This document shows, in pieces, positions 30,999 through 40,758 of a stretch of 64,000 bases of DNA. Numbering within the stretch: position 1 is the stretch's first letter; every line of letters starts with the position of its first letter. The notes beneath the pieces were generated by a model. The model worked only from the letters and a program-made list of their open reading frames with translations, made no database searches and had not been told where the DNA came from. The position numbers and the translations under genes are program-made. Source of the stretch: Roseivirga sp. (lineage in GTDB: Bacteria > Bacteroidota > Bacteroidia > Cytophagales > Cyclobacteriaceae). The stretch lies in NCBI GenBank assembly GCA_029262895.1, contig JAJCYM010000002.1:40482-104481 (forward strand). Reading direction: 5' to 3'.

Positions 30999-32200
30999 AC
31001 CTCTTTTAATAGTCTCATCGCGTTTCCTCCAATGACTTTAATAATATTCTCATCAGAATAATTATGCTTCACCAGCCAACGGATAATATTGTAAGAACCT
31101 TCGGTTGGATTTTCCAGGCCCTTGACATACGGTACCTCATCATATTCCATCCCTTCCTGTTGGGTTTTGGAAGACTTTAGAGATAGTGCCTTGGTATAAT
31201 AGTGATGCAGACCTACATGATCACCATAAATGGTATCCGGCCCGAAGCCGACATGATCAATACCAACAAGGTCTGCGATATACTCAAAGTGCTCCATATA
31301 GGCATCTAAATTATGCTCTCTTTTGGTGGGTGTCAATGTGGTATGTGGAGCGGCTTCAACACCGATAAGGCCGCCTTTGCCTGCACAGGCTTTTAATACT
31401 TCATCAGGTGCCAGGCGTTTGGTATTCCAAAGTGCCTGCGCCCCGATATGACTCAGAATAATAGGTTTTGAACTGACTTCGATTGTATCTAGTGCAGTTT
31501 GATCTCCGGTATGAGAGCAGTCGATCAACATACCGACTTTATTCATCCGTTCAACAGCCTGACGCCCAAAAGCCGTTAGTCCACCATCTCGAATTTCTTT
31601 CAACCCATTGCCCAGCGCATTTGATTCTGAATAGGTAATGCCCAGGGCTCTCACGCCAAAGCCATAAAGCAGATCAATTCGGTCCAACTCATTCTCTATC
31701 ATGGCGGCACCTTCCATGGAAGCCACCCAGGCCATTTTCCCCTCTTTATGAGCCCTTTCAATATCGTCTACTTCCTTACAATGAATAAGAAAATCCTGAT
31801 GAGCGATGTCACAAAGGCGCATGCCCAGGTCATGGATCACTTCAGACCATTTCCAGCCACTTTTTGAGTGAATCCGACAAAGACCGTTCATCAGGTTGTC
31901 AAAAACACAGTCCCAGTTTGAGTTTGCAAGGCCTTCGAAAGCCGTGGCCATTCGGCCTTCCCTCATATAGTGAGGCGTGTCATTCACATCTTCGGGAAAT
32001 ACCCCCAAATGCTCATGCAAGGAGATATTGATATTATTTTCAATGATGGTTTTTACACGGCTTTCTTGTTCCTCAGACAGTGGCACTTTTGCAGCCGGAA
32101 CCCTATCGTCTTGTTTGGAAAGTTTAAAGGATTGGTAGTCGACATCTTTTTCAAGGTATTGAAAGGATTGATACCCATCGTATTTTTTGGTGAGGCTCAT
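30989..32200 (-). CDS. Membrane dipeptidase family (peptidase M19) enzyme, no signal peptide
   Basis: SLHEH, SMEG, GLTAFGRQAVERMN, IDCSH, DHVGFGPD motifs. Confidence 0.85.
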   Translation of the reverse strand: MSLTKKYDGYQSFQYLEKDVDYQSFKLSKQDDRVPAAKVPLSEEQESRVKTIIENNINISLHEHLGVFPEDVNDTPHYMREGRMATAFEGLANSNWDCVFDNLMNGLCRIHSKSGWKWSEVIHDLGMRLCDIAHQDFLIHCKEVDDIERAHKEGKMAWVASMEGAAMIENELDRIDLLYGFGVRALGITYSESNALGNGLKEIRDGGLTAFGRQAVERMNKVGMLIDCSHTGDQTALDTIEVSSKPIILSHIGAQALWNTKRLAPDEVLKACAGKGGLIGVEAAPHTTLTPTKREHNLDAYMEHFEYIADLVGIDHVGFGPDTIYGDHVGLHHYYTKALSLKSSKTQQEGMEYDEVPYVKGLENPTEGSYNIIRWLVKHNYSDENIIKVIGGNAMRLLKEVWA

Positions 32201-32301
32201 GCTATTCTGATTCTAAGAGTCTGTAAAATATCGATTTGTGCCAGCCTATCAAACGGCTTTCAGGCAGAATGGCGAGAGCACTGGGAGTAATTCTGCCAAA
32301 C

Positions 32302-32343
32302 TGTCACCAAATGACACTAAATATGCTTTGGCACAACCATTGA
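32302..32343 (+). promoter_or_regulatory. Candidate heat-shock promoter/operator motif upstream of dnaK (TGTCA-N5-TGACA-N13-GG-N10-GA)
   Basis: Same spacing as the motif upstream of grpE. Confidence 0.5.
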
Positions 32344-32396
32344 TAAAGTGGTGATGTATTAGAAAAGAAATTTAGACTAGAACTATAAATAAGATC

Positions 32397-34325
32397 ATGG
32401 GAAAGATTATTGGAATTGACTTGGGTACCACCAACTCCTGCGTTGCAGTAATGGAAGGGAATGAGCCAGTTGTAATACCAAACAGCGAAGGCAGAAGAAC
32501 TACGCCTTCGATTGTTGCATTTTTGGATGGTGGCAACGGTGAGCGAAAAGTAGGAGATCCTGCCAAACGTCAGGCGATTACAAACCCTGAAAATACCATT
32601 AGCTCTGTTAAGAGATTCATGGGTAAGAAATTTGGCAATGTGTCAGAAGAGTTGAGGGGTATTACTTACAAGGTTGAAAAAGGAAATAATGACACAGTTC
32701 GTGTCAAAATAGGTGACAGAAACTATACTCCTCAGGAGCTTTCTGCCATGGTTCTTCAGAAGATGAAATCTACTGCTGAGGATTATCTTGGAACAGAAGT
32801 GAAAGAGGCGGTGGTAACCGTGCCGGCATATTTCAATGATGCAGAAAGACAAGCCACAAAAGAGGCTGGTCAAATTGCAGGATTGGATGTGAAAAGAATT
32901 ATCAATGAGCCAACAGCAGCAGCTTTGGCTTATGGTTTGGATAAAAAAGATAGCGATCAGAAAATTGCTGTTTACGATTTGGGTGGAGGTACATTCGATA
33001 TCTCTATACTTGAATTGGGAGAGGGTGTTTTCGAAGTGAAATCTACCAATGGTGATGTACACCTTGGTGGAGATGACTTTGATCAGGTGATCATTGATTG
33101 GTTGGCCGAGGAATTCTTGAAAGATGAGAACATCGATTTGAGAAAAGACCCAATGGCATTGCAGCGTTTGAAAGAAGCTGCTGAAAAAGCGAAGATTGAA
33201 TTGTCATCTTCCGCTTCAACGGAGATCAACCTGCCTTATATCATGCCGGTTGATGGAATTCCAAAGCACTTGGTAAGAACATTGTCCAGAGCCAATTTCG
33301 AATCATTGGCAGAGAATCTGGTAAAAAGATCGATGGCTCCTGTGAAGAAAGCCATGAAAGATGCCGGATATTCGACATCAGATATTGATGAAGTGATTTT
33401 GGTAGGTGGTTCAACAAGAATCCCGAAAATCCAGGAAGAAGTAGAAAAGTTCTTTGGCAAGAAACCATCTAAAGGTGTAAACCCGGATGAGGTAGTTGCC
33501 ATCGGAGCAGCTATTCAAGGTGGTGTTTTGACCGGTGAAGTAAAAGATGTGTTGCTATTGGATGTAACACCACTTTCATTAGGTATTGAGACCATGGGCG
33601 GTGTTTTCACTAAGCTTATTGAGTCCAACACAACTATACCTTCTAAAAAGTCAGAGGTTTTCTCAACAGCTGCGGACAATCAACCATCGGTTGAAATCCA
33701 CGTGCTTCAGGGAGAAAGACCAATGGCTAAGGACAACAGAACCATCGGGCGTTTTCACTTAAGTGATATTCCACCAGCACAAAGAGGAGTACCTCAAATT
33801 GAAGTGGTTTTTGATATTGATGCCAACGGAATCATGCAAGTGTCGGCAAAAGACAAAGGAACTGGCAAAGAACAAAACATCAGAATTGAGGCTTCATCTG
33901 GATTGACTGATGAGGAAATCGAAAAAATGAAGCAGGAAGCTGAGGCGAATGCTGAATCTGACAAAGCCGAAAAGGAGAAGATTGAAAAGCTGAATACTGC
34001 GGATGGTTTGATCTTCCAAACAGAGAAGCAGTTGAAGGAATATGGTGATAAGCTTTCGGAGGGCAACAAACAGCCAATTGAAGAAGCTTTGGCCAACCTG
34101 AAAACAGCTCATGGAAATCAGGATTTGGAAAGTTTGGAACCCGCCATTGAAACTTTGAATAAGGCTTGGGAAGCAGCGTCTCAGGAAATGTACGCAGCAG
34201 CGCAAGGAGCAGAGGGTGGCGCACAGCCAGGACCTGATGCAGGAGCAGAGGCTGGTGGTGCCGAAGAAGGTGCAGATGATGTATCAGACGTAGAGTACGA
34301 AGAGGTCAAAGAAGACAAAGACTAG
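32397..34325 (+). CDS. dnaK: Chaperone DnaK (Hsp70)
   Basis: [36 protein letters not shown]. Confidence 0.99.
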   Translation: MGKIIGIDLGTTNSCVAVMEGNEPVVIPNSEGRRTTPSIVAFLDGGNGERKVGDPAKRQAITNPENTISSVKRFMGKKFGNVSEELRGITYKVEKGNNDTVRVKIGDRNYTPQELSAMVLQKMKSTAEDYLGTEVKEAVVTVPAYFNDAERQATKEAGQIAGLDVKRIINEPTAAALAYGLDKKDSDQKIAVYDLGGGTFDISILELGEGVFEVKSTNGDVHLGGDDFDQVIIDWLAEEFLKDENIDLRKDPMALQRLKEAAEKAKIELSSSASTEINLPYIMPVDGIPKHLVRTLSRANFESLAENLVKRSMAPVKKAMKDAGYSTSDIDEVILVGGSTRIPKIQEEVEKFFGKKPSKGVNPDEVVAIGAAIQGGVLTGEVKDVLLLDVTPLSLGIETMGGVFTKLIESNTTIPSKKSEVFSTAADNQPSVEIHVLQGERPMAKDNRTIGRFHLSDIPPAQRGVPQIEVVFDIDANGIMQVSAKDKGTGKEQNIRIEASSGLTDEEIEKMKQEAEANAESDKAEKEKIEKLNTADGLIFQTEKQLKEYGDKLSEGNKQPIEEALANLKTAHGNQDLESLEPAIETLNKAWEAASQEMYAAAQGAEGGAQPGPDAGAEAGGAEEGADDVSDVEYEEVKEDKD

Positions 34326-34350
34326 ATTCGCATTCGATTAAATATAGATT

Positions 34351-34380
34351 AAAAGGGTCGCCATTGGCGACCCTTTTTTT
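34351..34380 (+). terminator. Rho-independent terminator after dnaK
   Basis: AAAAGGGTCGCCA-TTGGCGACCCTTTT. Confidence 0.85.
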
Positions 34381-34535
34381 GTGCCCCATCATTTCCAAAA
34401 ACAATCGGTCTGACCGCTCTTTCGTAGTGCACATAGCGGTCTGACCGGTGCTAGGATTTTCGAAACATGGATCATGGTCCGACCGATAACGGAATAAGTA
34501 ATTTTTTGGGCCAAAGGGTCAAACTCCTGCTTCAC

Positions 34536-34648
34536 CGTCATCCCCGACTTGATCGGGGATCCCTATTGAGTGTTAAAGGCTTTTTTCTTTTGGACTCATA
34601 AATTTGATTCCGCCATCAATGGAGATTCCCGCTTTCGCGGGAATGACG
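34536..34648. repeat. Inverted pair of CGTC-tagged palindromes (REP-like dimer)
   Basis: CGTC-ATCCCCGA-cttga-TCGGGGAT-CC at 34536-34562 and GG-AG-ATTCCCGC-tttc-GCGGGAAT-GACG at 34621-34648. Confidence 0.75.
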
Positions 34649-34777
34649 ATCCAATAGTGACGTACACGATTTTAAATAAAGAAGATTTGACTACCGTCTA
34701 AGCACTGTTTCAAATCACAAATTGGAGTCAGATAGATACTCCGGTTTTATAATGTCGAAATTTATTTAAAATAAAAC

Positions 34778-34793
34778 TTGACCAATCGGTCTA
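34778..34793. promoter_or_regulatory. Candidate TetR operator TTGACCAATCGGTCTA
   Basis: Imperfect palindrome 19 nt upstream of the TetR gene; a similar box lies at 35385-35400. Confidence 0.6.
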
Positions 34794-34812
34794 TTTTTAC
34801 TTCCTTTGTAAA

Positions 34813-35364
34813 ATGAACACCACCAAGGAGAGATTAGTAAGCAGTGCAGCGAAGCTAATTCGTAAGAAAGGTTACTTCGGAACAGGCATCTCAGATGTGC
34901 TGGCTGAAGTGGGTGTTCCGAAAGGTTCCCTTTATCATCACTTTCCTGATGGTAAAGATGGATTGATTAGAGAGGCAATTCTGCATGGTGGGGAAACTCA
35001 AATGTATAAATACGGAGAGGCGCTAAGGGGTAAGGCAGCAAACGAGGGATTATGTGCTATGATAGATGTGATGATCAAGGACCTTTTGGAGTCTGACTAT
35101 CAAGATGCCTGTCCGATTACAGCAGTTGCCGTTGCAGCAAATAGCATGACCAAAGAAATTCAAGATGCTTGCCATCAGATATTTAAAGGTTGGCAAGACA
35201 ATTTGGCTGGTTACCTGGAAAGAAGAGGAGTTTCCGGCTCAACGGATAAAGCGAGACAACTATATACCATGTTTGAAGGCGCCTTTGTATTAAGTCAGGC
35301 ACATCGAGATGTGATGTACCTCGAGAATCAGAAGAAGTTTATAGGAGTAATATTAGATAGTTAA
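34813..35364 (+). CDS. TetR/AcrR family regulator (LmrA/YxaF/NemR-like)
   Basis: N-terminal HTH GISDVLAEVGVPKGSLYHHFP; ACPI motif. Confidence 0.92.
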   Translation: MNTTKERLVSSAAKLIRKKGYFGTGISDVLAEVGVPKGSLYHHFPDGKDGLIREAILHGGETQMYKYGEALRGKAANEGLCAMIDVMIKDLLESDYQDACPITAVAVAANSMTKEIQDACHQIFKGWQDNLAGYLERRGVSGSTDKARQLYTMFEGAFVLSQAHRDVMYLENQKKFIGVILDS

Positions 35365-35384
35365 TTTTTTATTTGGTCAAAAAA

Positions 35385-35400
35385 TAGACAGAACGGTCTG
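35385..35400. promoter_or_regulatory. Second candidate TetR operator TAGACAGAACGGTCTG
   Basis: Matches TAGACNGNNNGGTCTA; 18 nt upstream of the thioesterase start. Confidence 0.5.
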
Positions 35401-35418
35401 TTTAAAAAAATTAGAAAA

Positions 35419-35922
35419 ATGATTAAATCACCAGAAAGTAATTCAATAATTCGATTTCAGGATTGTGATCCATTCGGACACCTGAACAACTCAAAGTATA
35501 TCGACTATATGTTTAATGCCAGGGAGGATCAACTGATCAAGAATTATAACCTGAACATATTCCAAATGGCACAGGTGGATAAGAAAGCCTGGGTATCAGG
35601 AAAAAGTGAGATTATTTATCTCAAACCAGCTTTTGTGATGGAGAAGGTGGTCATTCAAACCCGTTTGATAGACTACTCGGCAAAATATGTTCAAGCAGAA
35701 ATGGTCATGTTTGATCTGCATAAGACCCATGTGAAATCTGTGTTATGGGGTAAGTTTTTTCACTATGATCTAAAAACCAATAAAGGCATTGAGCATAGTG
35801 ATGAACATATGGAATTGTTTAAAACCTTACACATGCCAATTGTCGCGGATAACCTTGATGATAGGGCATTTAATGTGGCAAAGCAGCTCAAAACAAACGG
35901 AGTTGCGCAAAGAGTAATTTGA
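35419..35922 (+). CDS. Acyl-CoA thioesterase (hot-dog fold, YbgC/FcbC-like)
   Basis: IRFQDCDPFGHLNNSKY motif. Confidence 0.88.
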   Translation: MIKSPESNSIIRFQDCDPFGHLNNSKYIDYMFNAREDQLIKNYNLNIFQMAQVDKKAWVSGKSEIIYLKPAFVMEKVVIQTRLIDYSAKYVQAEMVMFDLHKTHVKSVLWGKFFHYDLKTNKGIEHSDEHMELFKTLHMPIVADNLDDRAFNVAKQLKTNGVAQRVI

Positions 35923-35953
35923 CTCGTTATTGAGTTAAGTTTGGCTAATACGG

Positions 35954-35980
35954 AAAGGGGGCATAAGGCCTCCTTTTTTT
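35954..35980 (+). terminator. Rho-independent terminator
   Basis: AAAGGGGGC-ataag-GCCTCCTTT plus T run. Confidence 0.65.
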
Positions 35981-36051
35981 GTGCAATGAGTATTGTCCTA
36001 TAGGAATAAGCGCAGCTGTAGGGCTCAAGCGCTTCTTTTGACCTAAAAAAC

Positions 36052-36777
36052 ATGAAAAAGAACGGTCAAATTTTCTTGGTACTGCTTGCACTTTTATGCA
36101 TGGTAAATGGTGTTGAAGCTCAAACCAAACAATCGGAAGCAATTAAAAAGAGAGTAAGGCAATTGGAAGCCGATTACAACGCGGGAAGGGCAGAAGCTTT
36201 TGCAGATGCATTTTCGGATAAGCTTCGAGATTCTGAATCGAAAAAGGCGCTAATCACGCAGGTCAATCAAACCCATCAATTTTATAATGTTACTTATGTG
36301 ATCGACTTGGAAAAGATTGATGCAGATAAAAAAATGGGTTATGAAAAAGGGTCCTTTACCTTGACTCTAAAACCCAAAGGTGCAGGGCAGGAGATTGTTC
36401 AAACCTATAATTTTCTTGACATCTGGGAACTTGAGTCAGATGGTAAATGGCGCATCACGAATGCCATTAAACATTTGGTAGAGGAACCTGCAACTGAAGT
36501 TAAAAGCGGAGCCATCAGTGCAAAATTGAAACCATTTGTAGGTAAATACGAGCTTTCAGGAACGATTTCAGAAATTTCTGCCAGTAGCAATGAAACCTTG
36601 TTACTGCAGGTTCCTGGGCAGCCAGTCCTCGAATTGGAGCATGATTCCGGAGATAAATATGTTGTAAAAAAATTTCCAAGCATCTTCATTCAATTTAACA
36701 GAGGGGATAATCAAAAGATCACAGAATTTGAATTGCATCAGTCCACGGGAATGTCAGTTGTGAAAAGAGTCAATTGA
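36052..36777 (+). CDS. Secreted NTF2-like (DUF4440-like) plus DUF3471-like domain protein
   Basis: Signal peptide; YEKGSFTL...FLDIWELESDGKWRI; second domain LKPFVGKYE. Confidence 0.65.
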   Translation: MKKNGQIFLVLLALLCMVNGVEAQTKQSEAIKKRVRQLEADYNAGRAEAFADAFSDKLRDSESKKALITQVNQTHQFYNVTYVIDLEKIDADKKMGYEKGSFTLTLKPKGAGQEIVQTYNFLDIWELESDGKWRITNAIKHLVEEPATEVKSGAISAKLKPFVGKYELSGTISEISASSNETLLLQVPGQPVLELEHDSGDKYVVKKFPSIFIQFNRGDNQKITEFELHQSTGMSVVKRVN

Positions 36778-37909
36778 TTGATAGTTGTTCCTGCTGATAT
36801 TGTGATGGGGTTAGCCCAGTGTGCTTTTTGAAGACATTGTTGAAGGAGGATTTTGAATTGAAGCCACACTCCAGGGCTATCCCCAAAATAGAATAATGAC
36901 CATAAGCTTCGCTATTCAGCATGGCCTTGAAAGTATCAATTCTGTAGGCATTCATGTAATCGGCAAAGTTGCTCTCTTTTTGCTCATTGATCACCTGAGA
37001 CAAGTGATTTGTACTTGTGCCAAGAGATTCGGCAAGGTGAGCCAGGGATACTTTACTGTTCAGGTAAGGCTTGGATTCCTGCATCAGCAAATCCAGTTTT
37101 TTGCCAAGCTCCTCGGCATCTTTTATAGAAAGCCCGGATTTGGAATAGCGTTTGCCATTGCTTCCCGGAACAAATACCCTGACGCCTTCAGGTAAATCGG
37201 CAAATAGATAAGTTTGCTTCAAACCCAATATTGAGCAAGAGATGATAAATAGTACGAAAAAGGAAAGACTAAGATCTTTAAGCACTTGCGCTTCAATATT
37301 GACATCAAAAGCCAAGGTGTACATGGTCAGCACTGCCACTATCGACCAGGCAATGAGGTAACCGATCACAAGTTTTAGCGTCCAATTGGCCGTAAGGTTC
37401 GACATCATGTCTTTTTTCTCTGTCCTTTCTGAGTTCCTTTTTAGGCCTCTATAGGAGACCCAGAGGTAGGAGAATACATATCCCAAAACAACCAATTGAA
37501 TCGTTATGATAAGCCAGCCAATCTCAATGTCTAAGGCTTTGTTGTACAGTTCCAATTTGGCAGATGACGGCAAAATGTAAAAAGTGAAAAAGTTGATTAT
37601 GAAAAATACCAGAAAGGGAATAAGGTGGACCAATAGCCGTTTTTGAAAGCCTTTTGCCACCAACGACCTCACATATAAGTAGAGAAGGGGTGGGTGGAGT
37701 AACAAAAAGTTTTCCCTGGTTCCTATGAATTGCGGGTACATCTGGTAGAGGCCATTGCGGTCCACATAAAAGACCCAAAGCTCCAATGCCGTCACTAAGA
37801 GCCAGGCCCCCAATATGCTGTGTGAGACAGTTTTGTTCTTTCGAGAGAAGAGTAGCGAGGCGAGTAAGGTCACCAGCCCTATGCAAAATATGAGTAACGC
37901 GTTTATCAT
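36770..37909 (-). CDS. Membrane-anchored AraC-family regulator
   Basis: Several N-terminal TM helices; PYLNSKVSL, NHLSQVIN, CGFNSKSSFNNVFKKHTG. Confidence 0.9.
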   Translation of the reverse strand: MINALLIFCIGLVTLLASLLFSRKNKTVSHSILGAWLLVTALELWVFYVDRNGLYQMYPQFIGTRENFLLLHPPLLYLYVRSLVAKGFQKRLLVHLIPFLVFFIINFFTFYILPSSAKLELYNKALDIEIGWLIITIQLVVLGYVFSYLWVSYRGLKRNSERTEKKDMMSNLTANWTLKLVIGYLIAWSIVAVLTMYTLAFDVNIEAQVLKDLSLSFFVLFIISCSILGLKQTYLFADLPEGVRVFVPGSNGKRYSKSGLSIKDAEELGKKLDLLMQESKPYLNSKVSLAHLAESLGTSTNHLSQVINEQKESNFADYMNAYRIDTFKAMLNSEAYGHYSILGIALECGFNSKSSFNNVFKKHTGLTPSQYQQEQLSIN

Positions 37910-38009
37910 ATCTTCATATAAGATACGCCTTTACTCCCCTTAAGGATGAAAAAGTTAGAACAACGGCAGATAATCTACCCTATCTGTTATTAAGATAAAT
38001 AAGTGAGAA

Positions 38010-38615
38010 TTAATTCAGTCGGGCATTAACCTTATCAATGACTTCTTTGGGGAGCAATATGGCCAACACATCTGGGTTGTTTTGGTCGTATTCAACAAAA
38101 TACCAAAGCCCTTTGTACTTGGTCTCATTAACGGCCACCAAGTGTTTGATACCACCATTAATATTGATGGTGTAATTATCCTTATCATAGCTCACGGCAT
38201 TTTCAGCAAATTGAAGCGCAAATGCGGCTTGCATTTGCTCCGCAGCTTCAGTCGTTTTAAGTTCATCACTTACAAGTACAATCCTTGCGTTTAAGGAGTA
38301 GGTGCCTAATACATATCTGTTTTCACCTTCCTGATGTAAGCTCTCGATTTTGTCAATAGTCACTTTATCGATGATCATGTCTATGCCCAAGGCCTCCAAA
38401 CCAGAGAAGACTTCAATCATCTGCTCTCTAGAGGCAAAGTCGAAGAGCTTTGGATAAATATAGTCCATCAGGCCATTATAATCTTCTTTAGCCGTCAGGT
38501 CCATAAAAGTGCCTAATCGGGATTCCAATTCCGATTTATCAGCTGGTGTGAGTTCTTGTGCCGAACCTGCGAAGCAGATGAAGAGAGCGCCTATGGCGAG
38601 TATAAATCTTGTCAT
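38010..38615 (-). CDS. Secreted hypothetical protein
   Basis: Signal peptide (AGSA-Q), uninterrupted ORF. Confidence 0.7.
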   Translation of the reverse strand: MTRFILAIGALFICFAGSAQELTPADKSELESRLGTFMDLTAKEDYNGLMDYIYPKLFDFASREQMIEVFSGLEALGIDMIIDKVTIDKIESLHQEGENRYVLGTYSLNARIVLVSDELKTTEAAEQMQAAFALQFAENAVSYDKDNYTININGGIKHLVAVNETKYKGLWYFVEYDQNNPDVLAILLPKEVIDKVNARLN

Positions 38616-38648
38616 GTTTGTGATTTATTAGCTTTTAATTCGCTGAGT

Positions 38649-39368
38649 TTAAGATGGCCCTTTGTCTTTAGCGCTTCCGGCTTTAACTCTGCTAAAGAGC
38701 TGAAAGTTTTGTGTGGAGAGCCAAAAGCCATCTCCCTGTTTAGCAATTTTCCTTTGCTTTTGCCATAGGCCACGATAATAGTAAACCCCACAACCCAGTT
38801 GTACAGCATCCGGACTGTAGAGTGTCTTTCGATGGGGAGGTGAATCGATCCATCCATCCACAATGCTATCGGCCAGTTCCAGATAGGAGGCATACTTATA
38901 ACCTCCCTGAGAACCGATATTCTCACCTATTTTGGGATTAGTGATTCCAGCGAGTTTTGCCCGGTCATTAGGCTCCCTTCTCTTTTTATCCTTTTTGTTG
39001 TAGTGGTCAAAAAAATCTCTTGCCCCCATTGATTTGGAATGATTCCAGGCCATAATTTCAAGATTGGACTGATAAATAAGTATGCTCAAGCCCCGCTCAT
39101 TCCTGGCTTCATTGGAGACATAGAAAACTGCAGCATTTAATAATGCGTAATCAATCTTCTTTAGGTTTATGGGGTTTTTGAATAGCTTAAATTCTCTGAA
39201 ATTTTCATTATTAACCTTATCGTAGAGCTTTTTACTCCACTTTTTTTGTGCCTGAACCTGAAAGCCGAATAGCACAATAGTTGACGCGATTAATATGATT
39301 TTAAGCTTACTCAAGACTAGAAGTGGATTAGTTAATATTAAGCAATATGCCTTTGAATAACACTCCAT
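38649..39368 (-). CDS. CAP (SCP) domain protein
   Basis: AWNHSKSM, GENI, WIDSPPHR, GCG motifs; true start probably downstream of 39368. Confidence 0.82.
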   Translation of the reverse strand: MECYSKAYCLILTNPLLVLSKLKIILIASTIVLFGFQVQAQKKWSKKLYDKVNNENFREFKLFKNPINLKKIDYALLNAAVFYVSNEARNERGLSILIYQSNLEIMAWNHSKSMGARDFFDHYNKKDKKRREPNDRAKLAGITNPKIGENIGSQGGYKYASYLELADSIVDGWIDSPPHRKTLYSPDAVQLGCGVYYYRGLWQKQRKIAKQGDGFWLSTQNFQLFSRVKAGSAKDKGPS

Positions 39369-39412
39369 TCTGCTGAATTATTTTATTTTTGTTAAACCTA
39401 ACTACTCTTCTT

Positions 39413-39892
39413 ATGAAAGCGACTGCTTACATCAGACTCATTCCCTTGTTTCTTCTTGTAGTAATTTTCTCTTCCAGCTGTGCTGTTAGCAATAGTTCGC
39501 GCCTAAAGAAAACTGATCTTGTAGTCAAAACGGCCCGATCCTATACCGGTACCCCCTATAAATATGGAGGCACAACCAGAGTGGGTATTGATTGCTCTGC
39601 ACTGCTTTATCATGCCTACCAAAGCGTTAAGGTGACTTTACCGAGGGTTTCGGCAGATCAGGCAAAAAAGGGAGAAAAGGTAAAATTAAAGGAGCTGAAG
39701 CCTGGTGATATGCTCTTTTTTGCCACTGGGAAGAAGCGGAATAAAATTACCCATGCGGGTATTGTCACGGCAGTAAAAGGTCGCAAAGAGGTACGGTTTA
39801 TCCACGCTTCAACCAGCTTAGGTGTAACAGAAAGCAACCTCTACTCAGACTATTATATCAAAAGGTTTAGAAGTGCCCGAAGAGTGCTTTGA
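39413..39892 (+). CDS. NlpC/P60 (C40) peptidase lipoprotein
   Basis: Lipobox SSSC; GTPYKYGG, DCSA, HAG, FIHAS; ATG at 39413. Confidence 0.9.
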   Translation: MKATAYIRLIPLFLLVVIFSSSCAVSNSSRLKKTDLVVKTARSYTGTPYKYGGTTRVGIDCSALLYHAYQSVKVTLPRVSADQAKKGEKVKLKELKPGDMLFFATGKKRNKITHAGIVTAVKGRKEVRFIHASTSLGVTESNLYSDYYIKRFRSARRVL

Positions 39893-39910
39893 TTTCAATA
39901 AACACTCTCC

Positions 39911-39918
39911 TATATTTG
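39911..39918 (+). promoter_or_regulatory. -7 promoter box TATATTTG, probably for tRNA-Ala
   Basis: TAnnTTTG match upstream of the tRNA leader. Confidence 0.45.
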
Positions 39919-39954
39919 GCCTCCGTTTCGGGAGAGATGTTCCTGGAAGATAAT

Positions 39955-40092
<138 letters not shown>

Positions 40093-40097
40093 AATAT

Positions 40098-40127
40098 AAA
40101 GGCTGGCAAATATTGCTGGCCTTTTTT
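40098..40127 (+). terminator. Terminator after tRNA-Ala
   Basis: AAAGGCTGGCAA-ata-TTGCTGGCCTTT plus T run. Confidence 0.65.
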
Positions 40128-40272
40128 AGTTTGAACCCACCATGCAAGGCCATACCCAAAAGAATAGTGAAATTAAATCAATATATTGATCTATTCTTTA
40201 AGCCCATCCGGGTTTATAGTGATCACGTTTGCACAACAGCATCAAAGTGCTTAATCATCAAAATGAGATCTT

Positions 40273-40746
40273 ATGCCGGACAATAGCGGAAAAACAGAAG
40301 ATAACATTTGGCCATTACCCAAGTTCTATTTCCAAGTTTCCTGGGACTCTGGAATGAAAACTGCGTTCCAGGAAGTCGCGGGGCTAGAGACGGAAACACA
40401 ATCTATAGAATATAAGCGCAGTAACAGCAAGCAATTTTCAACGATAAAAATGCCGGGCATTGCGAAATATGGAAACGTAACACTGAAGCGTGGAATTTTT
40501 GTCAAAGACAATACCTTTTGGAAATGGTATGACGAGATTCAAATGAATACGGTAAAAAGAGAAACGGTGATTATTCAACTCTTGAATGAGAATGGTGAAG
40601 CGACCATGCAGTGGACTTTGAAGAATGCCTGGCCCACCAAAATCCAGGGAAGAGATCTTAAGTCTGATGGAAATGAAGTGGCCATAGATACAATAGAAAT
40701 TGCGTATGAAGGCCTGACCATTGCAAATCCAGCTTCAGGAAGCTAA
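40273..40746 (+). CDS. Phage-tail tube protein (T4 gp19-like; eCIS Afp1/Pvc1 type)
   Basis: WPLPKFYF, FQEVAGL, KMPG..KYGNVTLKRG, NAWPTK, NEVAIDTIEIAYEGL. Confidence 0.92.
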   Translation: MPDNSGKTEDNIWPLPKFYFQVSWDSGMKTAFQEVAGLETETQSIEYKRSNSKQFSTIKMPGIAKYGNVTLKRGIFVKDNTFWKWYDEIQMNTVKRETVIIQLLNENGEATMQWTLKNAWPTKIQGRDLKSDGNEVAIDTIEIAYEGLTIANPASGS

Positions 40747-40758
40747 AACAAAATAATA

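Noticed and set aside
32372-34224. Antisense ORFs over dnaK, and similar ones over dnaJ, atpD, lpdA, fabG and the permeases
   Set aside because: Shadow frames of conserved genes; no independent motifs or expression signals.
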